This document shows positions 1-10,740 of a stretch of DNA of 64,000 nt, piece after piece. The notes below the pieces were generated by a model, which ran no database searches, was not told the DNA's origin, and saw only the letters and a list, made by a program, of their open reading frames with translations. The position numbers were made by a program, and so were the translations under genes. This DNA is from Terriglobia bacterium (lineage in GTDB: Bacteria; Acidobacteriota; UBA6911): contig CAVTZY010000024.1 of NCBI GenBank assembly GCA_963739235.1, positions 282,123 to 346,122 of the forward strand. Reading direction: 5' to 3'. Within the stretch, counting starts at the first letter, position 1. The number at the start of each line of letters is the position of its first letter.

Positions 1-372
1 CCAAGAGATCCTTGGAAACCGACATCGAATCTTCTCTAGGAAACATGTGCTCTAAGGCATCGGCAAAGCAACTGATTCTACTTAAGACAAGGGAATAGGG
101 TTCACTGTCCGGTCCTCCGCGATCGTATTTTCCAAAGCCTTTGGAGTCTGCTTTGGTCTGTGAATACTCGGATTCAATCATTCTCCTCAATTCAGAAAGG
201 TTGAGTATTTCGGCAATAGCTAAAAGTTGGAGAAAACACGACTCAATTTCCCACGACGGTTCCATCCAATCTTCATCGTATTGAATCCACTCAGATAGAT
301 GGCGTGATGCTGAGGAGATACGCTTGTTAAGATTCTCGATTGCCTGTTTCACATCAATTGTATTGTTCATCG
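1..372 (-). CDS. Hypothetical protein, 5'-partial in window (start codon ATG at 372..370 on minus strand, runs off window start); AT-rich relative to neighbours
   Basis: Manual reverse-complement translation of 1..372 gives an uninterrupted frame MNNTIDVKQAIENLNKRISSASRHLSEWIQYDEDWMEPSWEIESCF... with no stop before position 1; not in ORF track because it runs off the edge. Confidence 0.4.
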
Positions 373-420
373 TTTCATCTCTTCGGGATCTGTCCTTTTG
401 ACAAATAGTATGTACGTCCC

Positions 421-1383
421 CTATTCATCGTCTCCAAGGGCGGGTTCTTTTTCGCGGGAATGTGGATTCGGCCCGGGCGACGTAAGGAGTCTCAGGAGGT
501 CTACGGCGGCCAGTACAAGACGTGGCCGAACCTCTAAAAGTCGTTTAGGTGCAAAACCTATTTCAAAATCGGCTGGAATGTCGCTGCCTCGTGGTGGGAG
601 GACCCGAATTGTCGGATGCACTTCGTAGGCGGCCTCCTCGTATGACTTGAGCCAAAACGCGATTTGCTTATGGGCATCGGAACTCGCAGGCATTCGCAAA
701 AGCAAAATGTGAACGGTATGGATTAGATCACGGAGTTCCAATTGCTCGATGAGAATTGACATGCGCTCGCTTTGTGTGAAAGGCGGCTCAGGTGGGGCGG
801 TCGCTCCGAGGCGGATCAGATTTCCGGTAATTCGCGCAACATTGTGCAGAACCCGAATAACGCGTGGGGCCACCGCATCCGTCATAAGTGCCCGTTGAAG
901 CGCCCGGAAATGTTGATTAAGACGCGTCCGGATTGAGTTCCACCCGGCGTCATTGAGTTGATTCTTCTCCGGTATTCGAACCGTTAGCGTATCTGCGTCA
1001 GTGCTGAACAGTTGATCGGGAGAATCAAAGAGGTCGAGGTGCCATGCGTACCAGCCGGTATGCTTGGAAATATCCACAGCGACTACGAGCGTAGGCAATG
1101 GACTTGCGAACCAATATCGAATGGAGGACCGCGACACTCCAGACAGCACAACGAATCCCTTTCGGACACGTGGCCTCGCGGATGTCTTGACTTGTATAGA
1201 GAACTCTAAATTGTGCAGCTCTGTCCCGTCACGGATTACAATGAGGCCGTCCTTGCCGATATCGCGTCGAGGCGGTTGCCAGATCCAGCCACGTGGGAGA
1301 GCTGCGGCAAACCACATCTCCCCGTGGTCACCGAGGTGCGATTGAGCCATTGCATCTTGTGTAGTGAAATGCTCTTCGGTCAT
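421..1383 (-). CDS. Hypothetical protein with DUF4365-like N-terminal region (defense-island associated)
   Basis: 320-aa ORF; N-terminal GDHGEMWF...PRRDIGKDGLIVI pattern resembles DUF4365; 4-bp ATGA overlap with upstream ORF 1380..1808 suggests operon. Confidence 0.45.
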   Translation of the reverse strand: MTEEHFTTQDAMAQSHLGDHGEMWFAAALPRGWIWQPPRRDIGKDGLIVIRDGTELHNLEFSIQVKTSARPRVRKGFVVLSGVSRSSIRYWFASPLPTLVVAVDISKHTGWYAWHLDLFDSPDQLFSTDADTLTVRIPEKNQLNDAGWNSIRTRLNQHFRALQRALMTDAVAPRVIRVLHNVARITGNLIRLGATAPPEPPFTQSERMSILIEQLELRDLIHTVHILLLRMPASSDAHKQIAFWLKSYEEAAYEVHPTIRVLPPRGSDIPADFEIGFAPKRLLEVRPRLVLAAVDLLRLLTSPGPNPHSREKEPALGDDE

Positions 1384-1808
1384 ACGGTTTCATCGCTTCC
1401 GGATTTACCCCGGAGGCAGAATACGAACAGGTCTTTAGCCGCCCACTGGTCATCGGGACGTGCCCGAGCTGCGTCCAGCGACAAACCTGCGGGGCTGTGC
1501 TCCACGACGAAAATGCGTGGCTCTCCATCCTTCGCGGCGATTGGCTTCATCGCGACATATACGCGCTCGCCCGCTGGCTGGTTGTCGTATTGCAGGCGAA
1601 GCTCTGGGCCTATCTCGGGTGGGCAGAGATCAAGGCCCAGTTGATTACCTTTGCCGCCTGTGAATGGAGCCGGGTGGCCGAATAGATCTCTATCACGCTC
1701 CGAGCCAATGATCTCTCGTGTAAGAGCGCCATTCGGGAAACCAAGGTCGGCAACGCGTAATCGTACGGCATTTAGTTTCATGTAACCCTCGGCCTTGGAT
1801 GTGAACAA
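1380..1808 (-). CDS. Hypothetical protein, translationally coupled to downstream DUF4365-like gene
   Basis: 142-aa ORF overlapping next gene by ATGA; no recognisable motif. Confidence 0.4.
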   Translation of the reverse strand: MFTSKAEGYMKLNAVRLRVADLGFPNGALTREIIGSERDRDLFGHPAPFTGGKGNQLGLDLCPPEIGPELRLQYDNQPAGERVYVAMKPIAAKDGEPRIFVVEHSPAGLSLDAARARPDDQWAAKDLFVFCLRGKSGSDETV

Positions 1809-2767
1809 TTGCTCAAAACTCTGTTCAGAAAATGTCGCCGGTCCACTTGTTTGAGGAACATCGTTCCGCGTCGCCGGGGCATATCCGCCGCCACTGGTTC
1901 TCGCCTTTCGGCGGTTGCTGTATCGACGCCCGTTCCAGCAATCGCACTGGCTTGCACTGCATTCAAAGTGGCTCCTTCCATGGGCCGGTTACAGGATAGC
2001 TGAAGGGGCGCGTAGGTTCGATAAGCTCTTGTGTGTCGGTTCAAGCCTTGTGAACTGCTTCACTTGCCGTTCGATCCTTAGCATGAACACCTCCATAATC
2101 AACAACTTACAGCAGCAGAAGGCATGCTTGGCCAGATGGGAATACCGGAACTCTTGCTACTGCAAAAATCCCCAAAGATCTTTGATTTTAGAGCAATTCA
2201 AGGAAATGTGAGTGAGAAATGTTGATTTCGAATTCCGCCCCTTCTCCGAAGCAGGTGGCGGCTTCACAAATTGGCTTGGCAACTGATTGCGCTCGGAATG
2301 GGCGGAAGGCAAAGAAAATGGCCGATGGATCAGGATGCCGTTCTACATATGGCCAAGAGATTTGTGATATGTACGGATGTAGACTGCAAAGACTCGGAAG
2401 GCATGACCTCCCTGACGTAGAGTGCGGTATCCGACCATGAGCATGGGGACCAAGATAGGCAAAGTCTTTTAGCTCCCAAATCACACCCCCTATTCATACC
2501 CTTCCCGGCAATCGGAATCGTTGTCAAATCTGAAATAAACAGAAATACCAAGCACTCTATCGCTCATCCACCAATCACAGCTCTGTTACGGACAGGCATT
2601 TTGAGAAGCAGGTCTCAGATCGAGAAGTTTGATTGTGGATGGCCGGAAAAATCTGTCAAAATCGAAACTCCATATGCAATCTCCTATTGACAAACACACA
2701 ATCCAAAAGCACGCTATTTCTATAGGACATTTCATAATGACCAAACAACGAATTTCAGGAAAGCACA

Positions 2768-3862
2768 GTGGCAAGGCAGAAAGCTAAAACAATTCGCATG
2801 AAGTCGTTTGCCGGGGATCACTGGCAAACCATCTCTCTCAACGAAAAGACCTGTGATTGTGACCAATTCCAGATTGGCAGGCGTTGCGATCACCTCAGCG
2901 CATTAGGGATCTATTCGATCAAGCCGTTTACCCCGACGACGCACCCAACGTACTCGCAGGCACTGAGCGCCTTGGTGAAATCGATCAGGATTCGTCGCAT
3001 TGATGAGGCCGTGTATTGGCTCGTCTACCTCCATAGCTTCAAGGAGAAGGAGTATCGGTTTAGGACGGCGCGGAGATTATTGATTGGCTCGGCGGAGGAT
3101 GGCCACTCGATCCCAGTGATGGAAAAGGTTGTCAGCAATTTCAGGAAAACGGTCAGACCAGAAACGGACCTTGTGTATTTGATCGCTGATGCCGTGCGGA
3201 TCTGTAAGCATCAAAACTGGTGGCACCCGGAAAGCGGCGGTCCTGATTATATCTACCAGTCGCTCATAGGCGAACGGGCGTGGTTGTACAAGCAATGGGA
3301 TCAGCGGCTTCAAACTCTGCAGAACGAAATTCGATGGGCTATCGAGGAACGAAATCGCGCAGGGGCGCTGGGTGGAACGGTGGCGTTCAACCGTTTACAG
3401 GAGAGGTTCGGAGCCACTGCACAAGCAGAGTTCCTACTCGGCCTTGCTCGAATCATCGGACATGATCTGGCGGCGAGACTATGTGAAGTACATCTCTCGG
3501 CCAAGTCAGCCCTGAGCGGTGACAACAACTTTATTTGTCAAGCAGCGTGGATGTTGGCTGGCGGGGTTAGCCCGGTGGCAGAAGAGAATGAGCCTGTGAC
3601 CACCGAGGAATGCTGTGAGCTGCTGGAGAGAGCCAAAGAAAGGTGGCGGAATCCGCAGCCAATTCCTCGCTGGTGTGTAGACGGGCTGCATTCCGCTGGA
3701 GACGATCCCCGGTTCGCCGGAATCCTGCCGCACATGATGGCCGTTTGCAGGGCGTTTGAGCACTATGGTCGGGTCGAACCCGATGACGTGTGGTTGCCTC
3801 AGTTTCAATGTTACGACGGATTGGTGATCGAGGCTGACGGCCAAGCCGGAGGGACCGAGTGA
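2768..3862 (+). CDS. Hypothetical protein with SWIM-type zinc finger (CxCx9CxH) near N-terminus
   Basis: 364-aa ORF; motif TCDCDQFQIGRRCDHL fits the SWIM CxCxnCxH signature. Confidence 0.5.
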   Translation: MARQKAKTIRMKSFAGDHWQTISLNEKTCDCDQFQIGRRCDHLSALGIYSIKPFTPTTHPTYSQALSALVKSIRIRRIDEAVYWLVYLHSFKEKEYRFRTARRLLIGSAEDGHSIPVMEKVVSNFRKTVRPETDLVYLIADAVRICKHQNWWHPESGGPDYIYQSLIGERAWLYKQWDQRLQTLQNEIRWAIEERNRAGALGGTVAFNRLQERFGATAQAEFLLGLARIIGHDLAARLCEVHLSAKSALSGDNNFICQAAWMLAGGVSPVAEENEPVTTEECCELLERAKERWRNPQPIPRWCVDGLHSAGDDPRFAGILPHMMAVCRAFEHYGRVEPDDVWLPQFQCYDGLVIEADGQAGGTE

Positions 3863-3985
3863 CAATGCATCAAACTATCCATTTTGGTGCATTCACGGAT
3901 CGGGAAAGATCCAAACACAACTATTTACGAAGCACAAAGGTGACCAGCTTTTGAACATAATGTTGCATTCAGGAGGAATAAGAGA

Positions 3986-4588
3986 ATGCCCCAAGCAAAA
4001 AGTTGCCAACACTCCATGATCCACCTCGAACCTACTGAGGTGCTTTCATTGCTTAGAGCAGCCAAGGCAAAGGGTGCGAGGGCATGGGCCATGATTTTGT
4101 TGGCATATCGCCATGGTATGCGAGCCTCAGAGGTTTGCAATCTCCGGTTGGATGACGTTGACTTCAAGAACGGGTCTATTGTCGTGGACAGGCTCAAGGG
4201 TTCCCTTCGCACGACACAGGCCGTCGCCGGACATCGCGGAGAACCTTTACTCGATGAAATCAAAGCATTGCGGGAGTGGCTCCGCAAACGTCGGAAGGAC
4301 GGCTCGGATTTCCTTTTCAACAGTCAGAAGGGCGGACGGTTGGACCGCTCTCAGTTCTTTCGGGTGTTTCGGTCTGTTGCCGCCGCTGCCGGGTTAGCGC
4401 CAGAAAAGCAACATCCGCACGTCCTCAAACACTCAATAGCCACTCACCTCGTGGATGCCAACACGAATTTGGCGTTGATCAAGCAGCAGTTGGGACACAA
4501 GAGCATCAACAGTACGTTACGATACGTGACTACGACGGATCAGCAGGCGTCAAAGGCAACCGTCACCGCCCTGATGAGGATCTTCTAA
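3986..4588 (+). CDS. Tyrosine-type site-specific recombinase/integrase, short (catalytic domain only)
   Basis: 200 aa; HVLKHSIATHLV and LGHKSINSTLRYV match the R..HxxR..Y catalytic signature of phage-integrase-family tyrosine recombinases. Confidence 0.75.
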   Translation: MPQAKSCQHSMIHLEPTEVLSLLRAAKAKGARAWAMILLAYRHGMRASEVCNLRLDDVDFKNGSIVVDRLKGSLRTTQAVAGHRGEPLLDEIKALREWLRKRRKDGSDFLFNSQKGGRLDRSQFFRVFRSVAAAAGLAPEKQHPHVLKHSIATHLVDANTNLALIKQQLGHKSINSTLRYVTTTDQQASKATVTALMRIF

Positions 4589-4603
4589 ACAAGGAAAGGA
4601 GAG

Positions 4604-5251
4604 ATGGAAGATTTTGTTTGTGAAACATCACAGCCGATTGCATCTGATCATCTCACTCTGAGCATCGCCACCGTTATCGGTCATGGAAGAGTAACCGGTC
4701 ACACTCTGAAGAAAGCTCAGGAAATTGCCTCAAGGATTTCCGCCTCGGCATCCACTGCCGAACTCATCAGCTACGGACTAACGGAAACGCAAGCAGCCCT
4801 GATTTCAGCATCCATCTTCATAGGCAAGGAATTGTGCTCGGCACCGTTGAAGGCAGGGGAGCGATTTTCCAACAGCCGGGAGATTTTCAGTCGGTATCGT
4901 GCGAGGTTTTTCGCGGCCCAGAAGGAATACTTCGTGACCCTGAATCTCAACTCCAAAAACCAGCTCATACGGGAGGTCCTGATCTCAGTGGGCAGCCTGA
5001 GCACCAGTGTGGTGCATCCGAGGGAGGTGTTCGCCCCGGCGATCCGAGACAGCAGCGCAGCCATTCTTTTTTTACACAACCACCCGTCGGGAGATCCGGC
5101 CCCGAGCCGGGAGGACCGGGAATGCACCTCTAGGCTCTGTCAGGCGGGGAAGATTCTCGGGATTCGCTGCCTCGATCACATCGTTCTCGGATTTGATGAT
5201 TACTTCTCTTTTGCTGATGCCGGGGTTTTGCCGACAGACGTTCCCATATGA
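4604..5251 (+). CDS. radC: RadC-like JAB/MPN-domain protein (UPF0758)
   Basis: 215 aa; JAMM-like motif HNHPSGDPAPSREDRECTSRL typical of RadC; sits next to the integrase as in many mobile elements. Confidence 0.8.
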   Translation: MEDFVCETSQPIASDHLTLSIATVIGHGRVTGHTLKKAQEIASRISASASTAELISYGLTETQAALISASIFIGKELCSAPLKAGERFSNSREIFSRYRARFFAAQKEYFVTLNLNSKNQLIREVLISVGSLSTSVVHPREVFAPAIRDSSAAILFLHNHPSGDPAPSREDRECTSRLCQAGKILGIRCLDHIVLGFDDYFSFADAGVLPTDVPI

Positions 5252-5426
5252 CGCAAGGGACGGGAACATGAAATGGACAGTCGCTTTCATGACGCTGCAA
5301 TCAATTGCAAAAACCAAGAGAGTGGGGGGCAATGTCTGATGTCACTGGTATGAAAGGGCTTGGGACGGATGGAGGTTCGAGAAACTGCGGCTTTGGGGCG
5401 GGTAAGGAGATCCAGCAGACCGAGTG

Positions 5427-5651
5427 TCACAAATCTTCAAGTAACTCGGACATCGTTGTGTCCAGTCCTCTGGCAATGACCTGTAAGGTGATGATTCCCG
5501 GTTCTCGTTTGCCCCGTTCGATATCTGAGAGGTGGCCTCTGTTCATCCCAAGGGAGACCGCAAGGTCAGTCTGGGTCCATCCTTTTTGCTTCCGCAACGC
5601 TTGGATTCGCCTTCCCAATCGGGCCAAAAGAGCATGATCGCTGCTGGACAT
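5427..5651 (-). CDS. XRE-family helix-turn-helix transcriptional regulator
   Basis: 74 aa; GWTQTDLAVSLGMNRGHLSDIERGKREP is a classic Cro/C1-type HTH. Confidence 0.75.
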   Translation of the reverse strand: MSSSDHALLARLGRRIQALRKQKGWTQTDLAVSLGMNRGHLSDIERGKREPGIITLQVIARGLDTTMSELLEDL

Positions 5652-5729
5652 CCCTTGATACTAGACATAGAATCGTCGCCTTGTGTCTGGCATGCCAGAC
5701 ATTCGACCGGATAAGTTTTCAGGTGCGCG

Positions 5730-6674
5730 ATGAACGGAAAGGAGACCCACTTCACCATGATAGGATCTGGAACAGTCAGAAAATGCAAGTATGTCGGTAT
5801 CGTGATTTGCGGCATCATTGCTATCTTGAGCATAATTCAATTCTTCCGGGCGAGCAGCATTATGCTCCCACCGCGCCAGAACAAAGTGCTAAACCCGTTG
5901 GAAGAGAACCGAATAAGGGATGATGTGGCGGCAACAGAAATCATCAAGATGCGGGTAAGAAATCATTTTAAGGACCCAGAATCTGTCGAGATTAGGAACG
6001 TTCAGCTTTTCCGGCAAGGTCCTCCAGATGGGGTGGGCATAAAAGCATTTACTTACACCCTCTGCGGGGAGGTCAACGCTAAGAATTCGTTTGGTGGGTA
6101 TGTTGGTTATCACAAATTCTTTTACACGGCGTTAACCGACACTAACAGCAAGATTCGGGAGGACGGCAGTTGGCTTGAGGTGGAACCGGATGACGCTTGG
6201 AAAGCGAATTTGTTTTCGAAGGCATATCAGGATCAATGCCGCGACGTTGTTGTTTCTTCGTCAGGAAACGATAGCAGCTCTTCGAATAGTGCGGCACAAA
6301 ATTCAGATGTTGCTTCGAGAACGAAATCTAGGAATATGCGAGCCGATGAAACACATAAGTCAATGCCACCAAGCGAATGGCAGGGCTTTGTCACGGTCGC
6401 GATTAAACAACACTGCGCTATTGAAGGTATGACAATGGAAGAAGTGAAGAGGGCGCTAGGAAACCCTGAGCGGGTTGACAAATTGGATGACGGTGATTCA
6501 TGGAAGTACTCCCACACGGATCACAGTTTCGTGTTGTTTAGCCCTCACGGCTACATGATCGGGACTCCAATTGGGCAGAACGTTCCGGGAAAGGAGTCTA
6601 GCAGTTGTTTCGATGAGCCATTGTACTCACAGTACGTTAAGGACTGGCCAAACAACCAGAGGGAGAAAAAATAA
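5730..6674 (+). CDS. Hypothetical membrane-anchored/secreted protein, lower GC, Ser-rich low-complexity stretch
   Basis: 314-aa ORF with N-terminal hydrophobic segment GIVICGIIAILSIIQFF; no family recognised. Confidence 0.4.
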   Translation: MNGKETHFTMIGSGTVRKCKYVGIVICGIIAILSIIQFFRASSIMLPPRQNKVLNPLEENRIRDDVAATEIIKMRVRNHFKDPESVEIRNVQLFRQGPPDGVGIKAFTYTLCGEVNAKNSFGGYVGYHKFFYTALTDTNSKIREDGSWLEVEPDDAWKANLFSKAYQDQCRDVVVSSSGNDSSSSNSAAQNSDVASRTKSRNMRADETHKSMPPSEWQGFVTVAIKQHCAIEGMTMEEVKRALGNPERVDKLDDGDSWKYSHTDHSFVLFSPHGYMIGTPIGQNVPGKESSSCFDEPLYSQYVKDWPNNQREKK

Positions 6675-6881
6675 TTGCAATCAATTGCAACGGTCTAGGA
6701 AGGACGAATGTTGATCGGTGACGAAATCACTGAGGAGGAACTAGAACAGTTGTATGAAATAGATGCCGATATCAGGCAGAATGGCCTGCCTGCTGAGGAT
6801 GAGTTGAGGGCCGTGATTGAGGAATTGAATAGGACGGCTCGGATTAGAGAAAACGGAGCCACAAATTATCGACCCCTGATG

Positions 6882-8387
6882 CTAATTCTCCCCGTAACCG
6901 GGTTGTAATTCCGCCACCGCCGGAAGCCGCGTAGGCGTGGTATTCTGAAGAAACAAATCAGTGAGTTCCTCTGCTCTCGCGGAAAGTGCGTTTTCCAGTT
7001 CGTCGGCTTCGCACCTGAGAGCAACTGCCTTTTCCATTTGATCTGCGATTGCGTTTTCAAGTGCCTTCCCTAGACGCACGACGGGGATGGCCGCAACGTC
7101 TCCCGGATCAAGATGCGGTATTGACGTTCCATATGCGTGCCGAATGACGAGTGGTCGTCCCAATCGTGGATGGCCTAGGATGGCGTAGAGATAGCCCGGA
7201 CGAATGACTTCCGTGCGGGGAATGATCCGCACGATGTCGTGGGAAAAGAAATTTCGCTCATGGCGTTCGTCTAAAAGAGACACGGAGCCATTTAACCCGT
7301 ACGTTTGACCCGAGCACGCCATAACCATCCATCCAGCCTTCACGTAATAGGCTTCGGGAGTCTCGGCCTGCTCAATCATGACACGCTTGGTGATGGGGGG
7401 ATTGAGCGAAAATAGCTCATCAGCGCTCATGTACGACATGCCTTCATCCCCGAATATTCGCCTAAAACGCGTAAGCCACCATATGCGTTCGGTGACTTCA
7501 TTGAGTGGTTCGGTGGGCAAATTAAGTTTGTGAAACCGCTTCAGAATGGCAGCCACGATAGGGTGATGAAAGGCCGCTTCAAGTCTGCGTCGGTGGCCGA
7601 GGAATGCGGACGCGCGTACGCTGAAACCGGCTTCGGCTTTTTCGTTCGGGTTTACGGGTCCGATTGCGTTATCAATTAGGTCTTCCGCTTCCTTGATGAA
7701 ATCAAAAGCGGCGTTGCGCTTGTTCAATACCCGCTCTGCGCCTCGCGCGAACTCTGGAAGGAAGCGCTCGTCAATATCAGGCACAGGAAGTGTGTCGAGG
7801 TGACTCACCTCAAGGTGCTTGATAACATGACCATATTTTGCGGCCGTCATCATCGCTCGGCATTGTGATGATCGAAGGAAGGCATAGAGCCATCCCCAAT
7901 GCTTGCTGTGTAACGGTTCGACACGCAAGAGGTCATGGGTAATCAGGACGCCCTCATGAGGGCGATAGGCAAGGGTTGCACGACCGACGCTACCAGAACA
8001 GGTGACAAGAATTTGACCTGAACTTACAAAACGGTTTTGAGCATCATCCGTTTTTTCAAGGGCTAGAAATTTTCGCGGTGTTGGTCGCAGGTCGAAAACC
8101 TGCGTAGCCGCCAGAAACGAAGTACCGAAGCCTCTGCCCACCTGAATTCCCTTCAGGCGCGAGGGCTGCCATGTGCGAGCAAGCGCCCCAAAACGTTTCC
8201 AGCCTTCAGTCCTGTTCTCGATGGCCAATCGAATGCCGTAGCCGCTGGAAAGGTAATTTTCAGCCTCCAAGCGACGACTGCTGGACATCAAGGTCGATGC
8301 TGGCATTGATATCCATTTGCACTCGTGCCAAGGCCAAGATTCAGGAGTCTGCGGAGGAGGAGGGTTTAGTCTTGCTCGATTAACCAT
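6882..8387 (-). CDS. Restriction-modification specificity (S) subunit with two target-recognition domains (BcgI-B / HsdS-like)
   Basis: 501 aa; repeated conserved spacer motifs (LPVPDIDERFLPEF..., AAIPVVRLGKALENAIADQMEKA...) typical of HsdS-type TRD architecture; 22-bp overlap with upstream nuclease-MTase gene. Confidence 0.6.
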   Translation of the reverse strand: MVNRARLNPPPPQTPESWPWHECKWISMPASTLMSSSRRLEAENYLSSGYGIRLAIENRTEGWKRFGALARTWQPSRLKGIQVGRGFGTSFLAATQVFDLRPTPRKFLALEKTDDAQNRFVSSGQILVTCSGSVGRATLAYRPHEGVLITHDLLRVEPLHSKHWGWLYAFLRSSQCRAMMTAAKYGHVIKHLEVSHLDTLPVPDIDERFLPEFARGAERVLNKRNAAFDFIKEAEDLIDNAIGPVNPNEKAEAGFSVRASAFLGHRRRLEAAFHHPIVAAILKRFHKLNLPTEPLNEVTERIWWLTRFRRIFGDEGMSYMSADELFSLNPPITKRVMIEQAETPEAYYVKAGWMVMACSGQTYGLNGSVSLLDERHERNFFSHDIVRIIPRTEVIRPGYLYAILGHPRLGRPLVIRHAYGTSIPHLDPGDVAAIPVVRLGKALENAIADQMEKAVALRCEADELENALSARAEELTDLFLQNTTPTRLPAVAELQPGYGEN

Positions 8388-10327
8388 CGCCGGAACTCCT
8401 GAGCAATCTGCTGAGTATTATCATCTACGACTTTGCGCTGGATCTTTTGTTTACGATAAACTGGCTTACCGTCTGCGTATTCTTTGACGGACTCCTCTAC
8501 CTCCTCTGCAATCTCATTGCCCTTCTTGTCCCGGACATAAGTCTTATTCCCGCGCTTGTCATGACCGACATGATTGGCCATGGCCATAAAGACATTGTAG
8601 TCGCTCTTCCGGCCTGCCGCCCGTTCGATGTCGATCTGTTTCTCACTCTTACGCTCTAGCACGAGTATGCTGGTTTGTACGCTGACACTTGGCTGAAAGG
8701 TATCAGGGTGTAGATCAATGCTTGCGAGTATGCGAGTGTGGCTCAATATCCATTCCCGGACGTAACCCAGCCCCGGTGCGCCAAGAATGCCATCCGGCAA
8801 CACCATTGCCACCCGTCCGGTTCCGGGTTTGACGAACTGCACACAGCGCTCGATAAAGAGGATTTCCGGCGGCTGCGATTTTTGAATGGCGGCTGTCATT
8901 CGCCAAAGATCAGCTGCAGCATCATAATTCCAGATGTGACCGAGATCGAACTTCTCTAATATGGCCGGATCGTCAACGGGGATTTTAGAGCCAAATGGTG
9001 GATTGGTGAATAAAAGATCTACCTGCCCCATGATGTTCCGTGACCGCAGACTGTCCTCCCACGTCGCGGTATTCGCAAGGGAATTGGCCTGAAATAGACC
9101 GCCAGCCCCATCGTTGTTCATCACCATATTCATCTTACTGGCTTTGACCAGATTGGGATTAAAGTCGATGCCAACGATGTTCTTATTCGCATAACGTGTG
9201 ACGCGCTGACGCACAGTGGTTTCAGCACGCTCAACGTTGTTACCCCAACGCGACAACTCTCCCTTTCGGATATGTTCAATCACGTGACTCATGGCCGCAA
9301 TCAGGAATCCCCCCGTTCCGCATGCAGGATCGAGAACAAGTTGATTTTCATTGGGATCGAGCATGGCAACTGCCATGTTGCAGACATTCCTTGGTGTGAA
9401 AAATTCGCCACGATCGCCGCGTAGATTCGCACCTACGATCTCCTCGTATGCGTGTCCTTTTACATCCACGTCGCTTTCGAGCAGGGAGTATATCTGAAGT
9501 TGACTAACGATGTAGGCGAGTACCGGCGGGGCTAAAGCCACAGTTTCATTTACGGGAAAGATCGTTGAGTAGTCTGCTTTGACGGCGGCAAACAGCTTGT
9601 CGATACGTGCCTTCACTTTAAGGTGGCCATTCATGCTATTGCGCTCATTCGCGCCGGCGTAAAACTGCACTTCTGTTGAATTGCGCTCATCATGGATTTT
9701 GCAGAAAATGAGCTTTAGCAGTTCCCAAAACGCTTCCGGCTTTTGGAGCCCTTGGTTTCCGGCGATATAGTTGTGACATCGGCGAAATGCAAAGAGCAAG
9801 GCGTCGGAGGATGCTGGCTTCAGTTTGTCAAATCTGGGATGTTCAGCATCATCGGGGTCCTGCCCGAAGCTGGGGAGGTCCGGCACATCCTCATAGATGA
9901 TCTGACCGCCCTTGACGACTTTCCTGTAACAGTAACGCTCCAGACCGTTCGTCCACATGCCAAAAATGGAATTTGGACAGACAGACAGATAGCTGTGGAG
10001 CTGGCCGACCCCATCCTTTCGGTCGTTTGCCTTTATGCTGGGTGCCTTACACTCGATGATGATCGAAACATCTTCCTGTTTATGATCGCCATTTCTGGTG
10101 AAGATGACAAGGTCGGCGCGTGGTTTACGGCTTCCGACGCGGAGCACGAATTCCACGGAGACATCTTTTTTCAGGTATCCGTACTCCCTGATCAGAGATT
10201 TTGAAATTTCCTGCCGGACGTACTCTTCCGGTGTTTCCTCGCGCTGCGTCGTTCCATCAATGAAGTCAAGGACCTTTCCTTGCTGGACGATTATTGCGAG
10301 TTTCGACGGGGCCGTGGGCGTCAGCAT
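8366..10327 (-). CDS. Fused restriction endonuclease (N-terminal PD-(D/E)xK, HsdR_N/Mrr-like) and gamma-class N6-adenine DNA methyltransferase; Type IIB (BcgI-A-like) RM enzyme
   Basis: 653 aa; N-terminal ADLVIF...IIECKAP (D...ExK nuclease motif); MTase motif I LDPACGTGGFLIAA and motif IV FTNPPFG; size and architecture match BcgI A subunit; no helicase domain. Confidence 0.75.
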   Translation of the reverse strand: MLTPTAPSKLAIIVQQGKVLDFIDGTTQREETPEEYVRQEISKSLIREYGYLKKDVSVEFVLRVGSRKPRADLVIFTRNGDHKQEDVSIIIECKAPSIKANDRKDGVGQLHSYLSVCPNSIFGMWTNGLERYCYRKVVKGGQIIYEDVPDLPSFGQDPDDAEHPRFDKLKPASSDALLFAFRRCHNYIAGNQGLQKPEAFWELLKLIFCKIHDERNSTEVQFYAGANERNSMNGHLKVKARIDKLFAAVKADYSTIFPVNETVALAPPVLAYIVSQLQIYSLLESDVDVKGHAYEEIVGANLRGDRGEFFTPRNVCNMAVAMLDPNENQLVLDPACGTGGFLIAAMSHVIEHIRKGELSRWGNNVERAETTVRQRVTRYANKNIVGIDFNPNLVKASKMNMVMNNDGAGGLFQANSLANTATWEDSLRSRNIMGQVDLLFTNPPFGSKIPVDDPAILEKFDLGHIWNYDAAADLWRMTAAIQKSQPPEILFIERCVQFVKPGTGRVAMVLPDGILGAPGLGYVREWILSHTRILASIDLHPDTFQPSVSVQTSILVLERKSEKQIDIERAAGRKSDYNVFMAMANHVGHDKRGNKTYVRDKKGNEIAEEVEESVKEYADGKPVYRKQKIQRKVVDDNTQQIAQEFRRWLIEQD

Positions 10328-10740
10328 TAGATTCGCGTTCCGTGATGGCTAGGTCTTGGCGTTCAAAACGATGCAAACGAAAAATTAGCGGACGACATTC
10401 TACTTCAAAAAGCGGCTTTAGTACGCAAAAAAGGGGATTCGGACAGCTTTTGCAGGCACCTGCAGAAACTCTTGCGGCCGTTTTTTCTAAAGGGCCGGGA
10501 ATGCCGATGAAACTGAGCCGCATCGCGCAAATAGCAAATAAATAAGCAGTTATGGGCGACTTGTCCATGTACTCGCGTTCGAATCGCTGAAACGGGGATA
10601 TTCTTGCGCGTGTCAGGAGATCTGGAGCGCTGTTACCTCATGGACAAAGGTTTGGAGACACTGAGCAAATTATGATAAAAGAGATCACCAATGCGGCAAG
10701 AACCGATTGACCTTAGTTCCCTAGACCGAGAGGCCAAAAT

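Noticed and set aside
2188-2774. Cluster of 62-98-aa ORFs upstream of the SWIM-finger gene
   Set aside because: Short, mutually overlapping ORFs on both strands in an AT-richer intergenic region, so more likely promoter region than genes.
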